A stretch of DNA of 53,900 nt, filler included, from Sphacelaria rigidula (taxonomy: Eukaryota): the NCBI GenBank assembly GCA_964200075.2. It is 5 parts of 5 records of this genome, joined end to end, with 100 filler letters (N's around TTAATTAATTAA, not from the genome) between each part and the next. Parts side by side here need not be neighbours in the genome. Positions count along the whole stretch, not along the records: positions 10,801 to 21,500 come from CAXNAA020006061.1; positions 21,601 to 32,300 come from CAXNAA020006062.1; 3 more parts are not named here. One strand, written 5' to 3'. The notes under the pieces were generated by a model. It was not told where the DNA came from and searched no databases. It worked only from the letters and a program-made list of their open reading frames with translations. Position numbers and translations under genes: made by a program. The stretch's first letter is position 1. The number at the start of each line of letters is the position of its first letter. Shown one piece after another: positions 13,596-25,157 of the stretch.

Positions 13596-13915
13596 CAACG
13601 AGCATGACTCGAGTGCTCGCCCTATTGATTTTTTCCGCAACGAGCAATGACTCGAGTGCTCGCCCTATGATTTTTTTCCACAACGAGCAATGACTCGAGT
13701 GCTCGTCCTATGATTTTTTTCCACAACGAGCAATGACTCGAGTACTAGCCCTACTATTTTTTCCCACAACGAGCAATGACTCGGGTGCTTGCCCTACTAA
13801 TTTTTTCCGCAACGAGCAATGACTCGAGTCCTCGCTCTATTAATTTTCACGGCCAACGAGTAGCCCAACGAGTGCGAGTGCCACGAGTGCCACTCGTGCT
13901 CGTCCGACGTATGAA
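13596..13915. repeat. Second array of the same ~40-bp unit plus the right TIR
   Basis: About 6 units ending CTCGTCCGACGTATGAA, a direct repeat of 12545-12821. Confidence 0.8.
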
Positions 13916-15384
13916 CTTTTTTTTTTTTGACAGATGGGAGCAGGGTTGACTAGGGAGCGGAAAAGGTGAGCTGGTCAGAACACCCTATTTTATCGACAAA
14001 CCGGGAGACTACACTCCACTCTTAGCTGAAAATTTATCATAGTCCCCCATTTTGTTCCCATATACCCTTTGTTCTTCGATGGTGACCCTCCTGTGGGGGC
14101 TGCAGAGGACACGCCAAACGGTCCCAATCATGCCCGATTGTGCTAATCTACAACTTGCCGTAAAGGCCCAAAAGCACATCGAGCAAGAAATTGTGATCTG
14201 CTGCAGGTTGCTCCGCAGACCCCAAAGGTCCGACGTGTCTGCAGGGTGTGAACGCACATTCGTATGCGGAAGCTGGCAGATGTGCAAGGGAAAAAAAACG
14301 GTGAGCACGTGAATATCGAGGGGTATGTGGGTGAAATTGGACACCTTTGATATTTTTTTTGCTGAGTGAGGTGTACCCCTCGGGTTTGTCGTGCGAAGTA
14401 GGGTGCTCGAACAAGCTCACATTTTCCGCGCTCTAGTTAATCCTGTTCCCACCTGCACAAGAACGAGAAAGGCTGGGCATGCTGCACAAGCGCGTTGTGC
14501 GTAGAGCTGCGGCGCTGAAGAGTATTTCAGAGGTACCCAGCCCGTGTGCAGTGCTACACCCGAATCGAAAAGTGCGCTACCCTACAAGCTTGTTCAGATT
14601 GAATACCCAATTTTTTTTCCCCGGATAATGACGAACGCAATACCCAGCCAATATGCACAAATGTGGTATCATACTGACCGCAATGAACAGACGAAAAGGG
14701 TGACATAGCCGGATTTTCGTTCAAGGCTATAGCGGTGGTGCTATGGACAAAAATATGTCCAGACCAATCAGCGCCTTTCATATTTTTCCGAAATTGAAAA
14801 CACGTATTCCAAGCCCAATTTTCACCGAATCTCCACATGGTTCAAATCGTAGTAACCATCACCAGCTTGGGAATCTAACGGGAGAAACAGAGTCGGAAAC
14901 GTTTACAACGGGGGCGAATTTTGCCTAAAACCGTGATGTTTCGGTGATGTGGAGCTTTGGCGTCGTCTAATTTCCACTCATGATACGTACAAAAGATCCA
15001 CGGAGCCTCGAGACGATTTCCCTTTAATCTGTTGGAGAAAAGCTCAGATCGTCCTCAAACTTGGCAGTTTCGTAGGTATTGATGCTCCGAATGGAAAAAT
15101 TATATTCTTGGGAAGATTTCAAAGTTTCTCCGTTCTCTACCGGCTTCCGGGGGTCCCAGAATAAAGACCCCAGGAAACCGGTACAGAATGCTCCAACACC
15201 AAAATTTTGACATCTCAGGATTAGGTGGTATCCCAAGGAACATGTGTACCAATTTTCGTTGCTCAACTCGAAAAACTGAATCGGCTGGGTCTTTTACCGC
15301 AAAAACAACCCCGAGAAAGGGCGATTCTGTGCTTTAATCAAGTAATTACAGGCTTTTTTATACTTCCCCGCACGTTTTGGCATT

Positions 15385-15645
15385 TTCTCACGCCGTTTTT
15401 TCGAGTTAGACCACGAAAATGTACACACATGTTCTGGAGGGCACAATCTAAAACTCGAAGACCGTTTTTTTTTTGGTGGTGGCTTTTTATTCAAGGTCGC
15501 GGTTTACCTACTTGAGCTGGGGAGGGATCAGATCCCGACTATCTTGACACACACAAAAAAAACGATCTTCGAGTTTCAGATAGTGCCCTCAAGAACATGT
15601 GTGCAAATTTTCGTGGTCTAACTCGGAAAAACGGCGTGAGGAAAT
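15385..15645. repeat. Inverted pair of ~90-bp repeats
   Basis: CTCACGCCGTTTTTTCGAGTTAGACCACGAAAAT...AAACTCGAAGA at 15387-15470 is mirrored at 15555-15640. Confidence 0.75.
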
Positions 15646-16141
15646 CCCGGGGAATGAATTTTCGGCGTTCAATCTGAACCAGCTCGTATTTTGTTCCTGA
15701 AACCTGAGTATATACCCTGTTTTTTCTCTTCCTCAAATATGAATATGAACAAAACCATGATACCTCATAAACGGCAGTTATTGCGGAACATGCACCGAAG
15801 TAAAGGATCCTGTGCATGTGATGGTAGCCAAGGTAATATGCACTTGATCCGTCTCGCGCGAACGGTGGTTGGAGAAATAATATGTTTGATTCATGCGAAT
15901 GCATGGAAGGTGGGTAATATGTACATCTGATCCTTGCAGCACGACTGACATGTGAGATTTATGAACGCTTCATTCATACCGGGCGAATGAGGGGTGCAAC
16001 ACATGTGCGCAATATTCATGCCGCATAAATGAACGATGGGAAACATGTTTCTGTGAGTCATACCGTATGAACGAAAGGTGGGAAACATTCGCCTGGGAGT
16101 AATGCTGCATGAATCACAGGGTGGCCAACATGTACCATACG

Positions 16142-17058
16142 TATGCGCATCATCGCACGGATCGACGCCATCGCACGGATCGGCATCTCAGCATTAGTGT
16201 GTGCAACAAACCCTCGAAATGATTTCAATTGAAGTTTTGCATGGAGATCGACGTCATCGCACTGGGGGGCGCTGACCCATTGGAAACTCCACTTCGGGCA
16301 CGGAGGTACTTGCTTCCGCGCGTGACTCCGCGATTTGTTTTTAGGTGCTACAGTAGGTGAAAACAGTTTGTCGTGTTACTGCGGTTTGATCGCGACATGT
16401 ACTCTCGGGGCTCCAGTGGTAATCTATGGCACCTTGGTAGTGGGCACTTGAAACGTTTTTTTGGTTTTTGAAATCGATAAACGATATCCGCTGAACCAAG
16501 CATAGAGGAAAATAGTGACCGCAACCCATACTGGCTGAATAGTCCATCCGCTACGCAAGAAGGAAGCTAGACTAGCTAGGAACACACCCAACGGGAAGAC
16601 ACTAACTTATCCCACCAGACAAGACCTTACGAAGTATCGCACTTGGCACCCTGCTCCACTAAAACGCATATTCTACCCCCCTCGTTACTAATCGCTGCAC
16701 GTTTTAGCGCCTCACAGATTTTCTACCGGTTCATCCTCAGCTTCCGATGTTTCACAGCTCGGTCCCATCCTCCCCGACCCCATACTCCGGCCCCACTTAC
16801 ATCTACACAATGGTGTGTGACAATGCAGGCGGGGCCTGTACTCAGCAGTAACCTGGTAGAGCCGCTGTGCTTTTTTCAGCATCGCGCGGATCGGCGATAC
16901 CGCGTGGGGGTGCACTTGAAATAGAAGAAGCAAATGGTTTAGCTCGATTCACGCACGGGGATCGGCGTCATCGCACGGATCGGCGTCATCGCACGTGGGT
17001 GCGAAAAATGAACAAGATGATTTATACACGATCCCACAGGGTGCGATGACGCGCGTAC
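16142..17058. mobile_element. Non-autonomous TIR element with GGATCGGCGTCATCGCAC subterminal repeats
   Basis: Left GTATGCGCATCATCGCAC versus right (reverse complement) GTACGCGCGTCATCGCAC. Inserted within a degenerate minisatellite. Confidence 0.6.
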
Positions 17059-17853
17059 TTCCGGTTCCTATGAATCATGCCATATGAACACAAATGGGAA
17101 GAACATACCTTCGATGATGTACCGCAGGCATGGCACGCGGGATTTTGTACGTTTCATGCAGTGTCGCACGGATCATGAGCCCAAAACATGTACGAACCAC
17201 AATATGTGTACAAATCGTGTATTGGACTCTTGCAGAAGTTAAACATGGAACCGGTCACGACTTCGTTCATCGGACCCTGACATGAAAACGAAAGGCAGCG
17301 GTTTCAGAATGCACGCTGCAAAGAAGCCAACAGCGATAACAGGGAGTTCTTCGAACCCTTGAGCCGGGGCTGCCCGCTCCGGCCGTCGTTTCCGTCCTTT
17401 TGTCGGAAGGTGAATGTGAACAGGACAACCCAAGATTGCGAGCTTGCTCCTTCATGACGTATGTTCGCATCATCACCGAGACGCGTCATCGTGTTGGGAG
17501 GTACAAAAGGTGGAGCCACGCGTCCAGGCACCAGAAGTAAACATACATTACATCGACACCTTTGAGCACCGTTCCCTGCAAAACGAGGTGCTTCGATCGA
17601 GGGCGCTCGGTTCGTATTTCATACCGCACGAGCATCAACCATGCGTGTCAACATCTGTGTACAGTCTGGCACAATAGTTCAGTGCAGTGTAGTCCCTCCG
17701 CCACAAAGCAAAGTGCGCAGTGGTGTTGACTGCGCCCTTGGTCCTGTGCAATGCTCTTGAAACCAGTCATGTATGATGAAATAAGGAGAATTCAATATGA
17801 AATCGGAAGGTAAAAAAGTTTTTTTCCTCTACTCATTGGTTTAGTTTTACTCA

Positions 17854-18004
17854 GCAGCTGTACATGAATATAAAAGGCAAGGAGAAGTAATGTTAGTGGC
17901 AGATTTTAATGCAAGGGTAGGAAGAGCAGGTCAACCTGATGATATCGTTGGGCAATACGGGGAAGATAAGAAGAACACGAATGGGGTAGAAATGCTCAAG
18001 TTCC
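17854..18004 (+). mobile_element. LINE APE endonuclease fragment, same family as 25158-28642
   Basis: Translates to AAVHEYKRQGEVMLVADFNARVGRAGQPDDIVGQYGEDKKNTNGVEMLKF, paralleling ORF 27743-28345. Confidence 0.8.
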
Positions 18005-19499
18005 GGTACAGCTGCGTTGTTGAAGTTGGCAAATGGCTCTAAGAGTTGTGCTGCCACGCCGTGGACATTACTTGTTCGCTCTCGCCAAGGTCTCCGATGT
18101 GAGTCATTCAACACAGTATTCGTCAGCCAAGGATCAGTAGGCACAACAACTAGCCCTCGAAAGATTGACCATGTATCCACGGTGTGCTGTGCCAGCCGTG
18201 AGCCTTCTCCCCAGTGCATCAGCCACCAGCCTACCGCACTACACCACGTTGTAGCGTCCGTGCTGCCCTATATTAGCATCTCCACTTTTAACTTGACTCC
18301 TCTAGAACTTAGCACGAAGCGACGCCCTTTAGACACAAGCCCGCTGCCTTGCCGGGATACTGGCACAGGGCACTCGGGAGCAAGTATGACGTGGGTGTAC
18401 GCTGAATACTTCAATCGATTTCGTCCTTGGCGCGAAGGGTCTATCTATAATAGTTCTGAATTTGGTGTTGTTTTTCATATCACCCGAGCACCCCAATCGA
18501 TTTGTCCCCCAGAAAATCCTTGGTCCTGGGGCTCGCCATGTCTGTTGTCTGCAGAGTGGGGTGGGTGTTGTCTCCCTTAGTCTCTATCGATATCTTAGAC
18601 TCGTACTACTGGTTACCACGCTTGGACAACCCACAAGGATGTGTATTCACCTGAAGCTATGGCAGAATGAAGGTAGGTGGGCATGATTTTACCCCCCTCC
18701 CCCCTCGTAAGCTCTCGACAATGAGTTGAAACTTGAAAAGTCCGACTGAAGCCCCATTGGTACAGTACTTACTATTGCGATTATGCTCGGTACCTTGGGA
18801 GTGAACTCCATCGAAACGGTTGTGTATTTGGTGAAGTCCTCACTATTGCCATCATCTACGGTATCTGCGGAGTGATCCTCCCCCAAAAGGAGGTACTTCC
18901 GCCCCCTTCCCTGTTCTTCCTCCTCCTCCCCCTCCCCTTCCATCCGTCGGGCTTCGCTCACAATGAGCTTGTCCCGAAATATCGGGGGGTGAGCATTGGC
19001 CTCTGTTTGGTGACATCCCTCGTCACGTGTTGATCTTAACCCCGTCGTGTACGAGCTGACCAGCCGTAAAACTTGCATACCTCGAGCACACAACAATGTT
19101 TTCGTTTTCCCGAGTCAGCCCGAAGTAAGTATTTCGCTGTGAACCACAGACAGACCTGGTCATTCACAGCTCCTCCGCTGTTCGATTGGCGAAGTTTTAG
19201 CGATGATTTGTTGCACAGCATTCTGTACCGGGTGCGTCTCATTTCGTGGCGTGACAACGTGTGCTTTTATGTTATAAAACACGGCAGAATTGCGTTAGAC
19301 AATTACACCGCACCGGGCATATGACAACTTTGACGTGCACAGTCAAGAGTGCACTGGTAGTGCTGCAAGATGGCATCACGCTCGTCAGTAGGTCCATCAT
19401 GGGACCTCCGAGCCGAATGTCACATACACCGATGACAGGCACACGTATTCAACTGGGATTGGGCTGCAACTCTTCTTCTCTATTTAATCCCCGATGGTG

Positions 19500-19830
19500 A
19501 TCGTTTTTTTCATAGTAGGAAAAAAGGAAGAGGTATTGACGGTGATTTTCTGCATCTGGGGCTTTAGGGAAGCGACAAAGTGCTCTAGATAGGCCTTGGA
19601 GAAAAGCACCACCCATTCTGAGGCGAGAATGATCACTTTCGCGCACTCTTTGGGGCACAAGCTCGTACGAAAGTGCCGTAATCAACTTTTTCAAACCAAG
19701 CAAGCACATTCTGCACAAAAAATTACCTCAACGACGAAAACCAGATCTTGCAGTAGAAAGAGGTGATGTCGGAGTTCGAACTCGTGCCCTCCGTAACTGG
19801 AGTCTCCTGTACCAGTTAGACCACCGAGGC
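19500..19830 (-). mobile_element. tRNA-derived SINE-like element (head at 19760-19830)
   Basis: Minus strand GCCTCGGTGGTCTAACTGG...GAGTTCGAACTCC gives box A and box B. Body extent approximate. Confidence 0.55.
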
Positions 19831-20314
19831 CCAGCGTTATCACACAAAAAGCTGCACGCGTAGCCCAATTTCAGGAGCTTGAGCCGAAAGTTTACAAGAA
19901 TCTTCTGCACGCATGTTCAAAATTCGCGACCGAAGCAGGAACCGTTTTTGTTTTTTTTCGGAATCGTGGCGGTATCTTATTCTTGCTGAAATTGTAAACG
20001 CTTTCTGTTTCGTTTTTGTTCGTTCGCTGCTTCCGAAGTATTAAGCGTATTGATGATGAAATCCTCGTGTCCAAATTTCAGCGCCTACTAGAAGTAGGCT
20101 GCGCGTCACCTGTTAATCGCAAATAGGAACTCTCGACTGACCCAGCCCGTAGGACGACCTATTCGATTTGAGACCGAGCCGATGTTATGTGGGGTAACGT
20201 TGATACCTATTGGAATGTTATTCCCCCCCCCCCCACCCGCCTATGTTGGTGAGGCACCCATGAGGCAGCGTATAAGCCGTAACTGTCTCAGGAAGTGGCG
20301 ATACCGGAGAATAA

Positions 20315-21050
20315 AGCAACTCATTTCAGGCTGTCATCCCAATGCAAGATAACCCGTAGGCTTCGGGCGAACAATCTTAGCAGGATGCAGGTCCCCCTTT
20401 ATGCGACTCGGCGAACACACCACGGCGCTTCGCGCTTGATGATTGAGTGCGAGACTGGTCTGACGAAAACCCGGCCGTGCTCCGTCCCGCCTTTGTAGGG
20501 ATGCGAGGTCAATGATCTTACGACTACGGCATGCATGATCATGAGCATCCCCCCCCCCCCCCTTGATCACATTTAAGGGGTGGTGGCGTCGGTTGGCAAC
20601 GACGCTGTAAAATACGTCAATCACGATCGCTTTTTTTCTCGCTTGAGTTTTTCGCGGTAACCATGATGGTGAAGTCAGATCATATTGTGCGGGAGGGGAG
20701 GACCTTGACTCTGCTCGAAGGGAATGGTCGTACTATGTACCATTCAACGGTGAAACGTCCATGAAGCAGTGTGCGACCCGTGACTATCTCTGGAAAACGG
20801 CGACACCAGAAAATGAAGAGACTCATTCGAGGCTGTCACCCATACGCAAAGTAGTATATACGCTTCGGGCCGAACAATCTTTGCAAGATGCAGCTCATCC
20901 TTCATGCGATTCGCCGAACACATCACGGCGCTTCACGCTTGGTGATTGAGTGCGAGCCTGGTCCGGCGACAACCCGGCGCGTTCCGTCCCGGCTTTGTAG
21001 GGATGCGAGGCCTGTGATCTTACGACCACGGCATGCAGAATCATGAGCAC
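20315..21050. repeat. Diverged ~230-bp direct repeat pair
   Basis: 20315-20548 versus 20820-21049 (GCTTCGGGC.GAACAATCTT...TTTGTAGGGATGCGAGG...ATCATGAGCA). Confidence 0.8.
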
Positions 21051-21600
21051 CACTGTTGAAGAATGTCGTGGAGGCTCCGTTTGCGCCAGCGTAGACGAGG
21101 ATCGGAGGCGATCTGCCCCCCGCCGCGGGTATCCCCGGAGGGCGCCGCCCGGGAATGATGGCCCCTCGAGTTGAGGCTGCCGACGGTCCAAATAATAGGA
21201 TTTCTACGTCAAGATATGGCAAAAAAGCGCACAACACAGTTCCCCATTGTTTTTTCGTCCACCAACGAAAACCCCGCGTAGATTGTTTCTTCGTCTCCGG
21301 CGACAAGATCTGTGGCCTCACTTTTCATGTGCGGTAAACCGCACATGGCCCCCCTTCAAATCTACGCCGGCGCAGATGCGCAGATGATTTTTCCAACCCT
21401 GATATACACCCCCCCCCTTCCCCCCCCGGGTGATTGAGAGAGGGGAGAGGGATGAAAGCATATTCGCATGGCCCAATGGACGCTGCGAAAAATATGAAAC
21501 NNNNNNNNNNNNNNNNNNNNNNNNNNNNNNNNNNNNNNNNNNNNTTAATTAATTAANNNNNNNNNNNNNNNNNNNNNNNNNNNNNNNNNNNNNNNNNNNN

Positions 21601-21795
21601 CTAGTATAGCCATCGTTTTCTCCCTATTGTCTAATGCATCAAACGATTTCATCTCACCTTTGTTCACGTCCCGCATTTCCCCCTCTAGCACGTCCCGTTC
21701 CTCCTTGTATCACATTTTGCCACTATAGGACTTCTGCTCTCTATCGCTTCGCCACAGAGGCAGTTCTGTCCATTTACTTTCTCCTCCTTTCGACG
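21601..21795 (-). mobile_element. LINE 3'-region fragment
   Basis: Aligns by eye to 25180-25375 (ATCAAACGATTTC...CACGTCCCGTTCCTCCTTGTAT...CTTCGCCACA). Confidence 0.75.
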
Positions 21796-23713
21796 CCAAG
21801 TGGGGGGAGAGGGGATAGGGAGTAAGCACACAAACCATCTATTAGTGTACCTGTGGTGTACGTGAAGTGAGTCCATGTGGGAAAGAGTATCGAATATACA
21901 AGCACAAGCACAAGTTGCCCGAGAACACAAGAATGTCGAACCGGTTTCACGAACAAACGTTTTACTCCGTTCAGCTGTCACTGACCTTCGATTTCTGGGC
22001 AACCGACAGCGCACTCGGCTACTTTGAAACGAAGAAAACGATCGCATATTACGCCCAATATTGAGGGGAGTACAGCTAGGCTGCATTATGTACGTACGAG
22101 GCACGATAATAAATCTAGGAGCTCTACTTTGGGGTGAAATGAGCCGTCAAACCCCGTTGTGAACACGTTTAGCAAAACGGAATCCAATGCTTGTACGTTC
22201 GTGCAGCTACGTACTCTGAAACATTTCCTTTTGTACTGATACACAGCGCAGCCAAGCATCCAAACTGGTGATACACGTCGTAACAATTTCCTACGTTGTT
22301 CGCCGGTAATATCACCAACGAAAGACAGTCCAAACAACGGAAAGAGAAGTAAGGAGATGGCTGCCACCACCCACAGTACCGTACGGCACGGTGAGCGTGG
22401 CGAACATACACAGGTAGAATAGTGGGTGATTAATACCAGAGGCTTCACTTTTGATGACGTAGCCACAAGGCGAGTTAGCGATAAAGCGGGCGATATTCTG
22501 TATTAGTCCGTCATAGCGCTGCCTTACTGTGGGACTGCTGTTGTATACCCGAAAAAATCAACCACGCGGACACTCACACATCACTTTCAGTGGTGTGACA
22601 CTGGCAGCCTGTTGGCAACGAACAAACCTGCATTGAAAATAACACGGAAGACGAAGGTAGAACGTATCGAATGAGAGAGAGAGGGATGTGGGTGGGGGGG
22701 GCGGTGTGATGAGTGAGTGAGTGTGTGTGCGTGTGTGTCATATTTTGACTGAACTACTTGAACAAAACAAACAAAATCAATTACCACATGGTATTAAATA
22801 TATATTACTATATTGCTTTATAGGCAGTGCACATGTGGTTACTGCATGCTGTGGATGATACGCTGAATTGAAAGTGGACTCGCTTAGCAAAACCAACACA
22901 CTAGGAACTCAGCACAGACGAACTCAGTACCATGCCTGAGCACACAGGCGGGCCAGGGGTGCGCTTTCGTCTTCCCGGTGGGTAGTCTAGATGTTAACAT
23001 TCCCCAAAACATTCCTGCGTCTCTTTTTGGCCGGGATGTGGTGCAGGACGGTACACCGAAACAAGTATGTTGTGTGAAGGGAGGAAGTGTGCTGCGCTTT
23101 TCTGTAAAGCAAGTGCACACTACTATTGAGATACTGTAGGCCTTTCTTTTCACCTGACACAGTGGCCAATCAAGCAGTCAGCTAGTCGATCAGTCGACCA
23201 ATGGTATCGATCTGAAGCTGGTGCATATTCGAAACTGATGACTACGGGAAACAGCCATAGCATTGAAACATCACGCCATATCTTCACGGTGTGCTTTCAC
23301 GTGCGTCCGCACCTCCCCCTGAAAGGCAGAAGATCCCGATATTGATGAGCGAAATATTACCACTGTTCCGTTCACATCTTGACATCCGCTGTAGAATCAT
23401 ACTTCTCCACGTGCACAGGCAAATGCCAGATTTCTTCATCCGCTGTTTTTCCAAGGTTTACGGTTCGACTAGTATCCAAGTGTTCCCTCTGTGATGCTTG
23501 CAGGGGATGATTGTGATCTCGTCGACGGATTACGCGATATCGGCGTGGCAATATCACCAAGGCCACGAGCAAGCGCACTGGCGATTCAGCTTTCACAGTC
23601 GCTCTGCACAAATTCTTGTTCGCTGGGTGGACCATGAGCAAGGGTATCTGGTTTCCGGTGAGTTGAGATGGTGGTATACGAAACTGGCTCCTTCGGGTAT
23701 GAAATGTATGCAT

Positions 23714-23965
23714 CACGCTTTCTGCGATAGCCCCCCCCCCCCAAAACATGGCTGGTTTGGAGAGGCAAAATCTACACGTAAATCGAAATGTAAAAAGCCG
23801 AGCACAACTAGCAGCTGGGAATTCCCACGCTTGGGTTTGTTTCCGCCAATGTCGCCCATATGAGGCGCTTCATGCAGCCTGACACCAACCATCAGGCGCT
23901 GTATGACCACCTTCTTCGTGACAGTTTTAGGCTGGTTTTGGGGGAGGGCTATCGCAGAAAGTGTC
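23714..23965. mobile_element. ~250-bp MITE (TIR ACRCTTTCTRCGATAGCCC)
   Basis: Inverted termini. A homologous copy in opposite orientation lies at 39269-39518. Confidence 0.8.
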
Positions 23966-24789
23966 ACTAGAGACAACGTATTGCTGTACCTTGGAGCATA
24001 CTACGAGAGCCGTCGGTGGCGTCGGGAAGCAAGTGGAATGTATCCAAAACAACAGAATTCTGATGATTCTATCGACACGCTCTCTCTTGTCAAATATGTT
24101 CATATTCATCACACCGCTCAGAATCTGTGAGAAAAGCCTAACAGACCGAACACCCCCACATTGAAAAAAGAAATAGGGATGTTCTGAACCAATGGAATGC
24201 TTTTCCACAGAAGGTTTTATACTTGGAGAGACACGTCCGGGTTCAAGAAGTCAAATTTACCATATTACCGGTAATCCCGAGAATAATACTAACTGAAATA
24301 AACATCTTCTGATGCAGGCTTCCGAATTTTCATGCCACATCTACCCTCGACACTTTGCTGGCTAAGTCCGAGAACCGGTGGTACACGTGCCGGTCCAAGG
24401 CTTTTGGTACGTCTTACTGGGCCCAGCTTCCACGATCTCCCGAAGTGACGAGGTCTTCGACGTTCCCCTTGCCACGCCGTGTGCACAAAACGAAAACCAA
24501 CTTACCCGCAGCATCTTGGGGATTTGGCGATACACCTGGTTTGCTGCGTTCGTCTTGGTTTTCCCATCCTAGAGTGTCATCCACGTGTGCTCGGCAGAGT
24601 GCGTCACGTCCGTGGAGTTCATTTCAGTGAATATTGTGCGCCAGAGCACATTTGCAGCACAACGTTCACTCGTCGTTTCACTAATTTCTTGTGAATGTAG
24701 ACTATTCCATCTGATCTCAGATGGTATTTAAGCGCGCTAGCCGCTTATGTGTGTATTCTTTCGCGGGTTTCCTCCCAGGCGTTTACAGC

Positions 24790-24876
24790 GGGGAGGGGGG
24801 GGGGGAGGGGGGGGCGTACTCATTTGTTGCTTGCCTTAGTCGTTTGGCCGTTGACCACGCAACCCTTGACAGACGG
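24790..24876. repeat. Copy of the ~70-bp G-tailed element
   Basis: Same consensus, preceded by a G run. Confidence 0.8.
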
Positions 24877-25010
24877 TACTGTCCCTACTCCTAATAGAGA
24901 CACCTCCAACATTTGAATGCTCATTAAATTCCTTGTATATATTGCACATAAACCTTTTGCATATCTACGTCTGTGACCACGGATTCGCGAGATCGGACTA
25001 ATATGCGGGA

Positions 25011-25157
25011 ATAATAATAGTAGTAATAATAATAATAATAATAACAATAATAATAATAATCATAATCATCATAATCATAATAATCATAATGATTATAATG
25101 ATCATAATAATCATAATAATCATAATCATAATCATAATCATAATCATAATCATAATA
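25011..25157. repeat. Compound (AAT)n/(ATAATC)n microsatellite, probable 3' tail of the LINE
   Basis: Directly visible and abuts the LINE 3' end. Confidence 0.9.

Noticed and set aside
12545-13860. CRISPR-like look of the palindromic ~40-bp repeats
   Set aside because: Units are head-to-tail with near-identical T-rich linkers and no unique spacers. There are no cas genes, the context is eukaryotic, and the arrays are bounded by TIRs.
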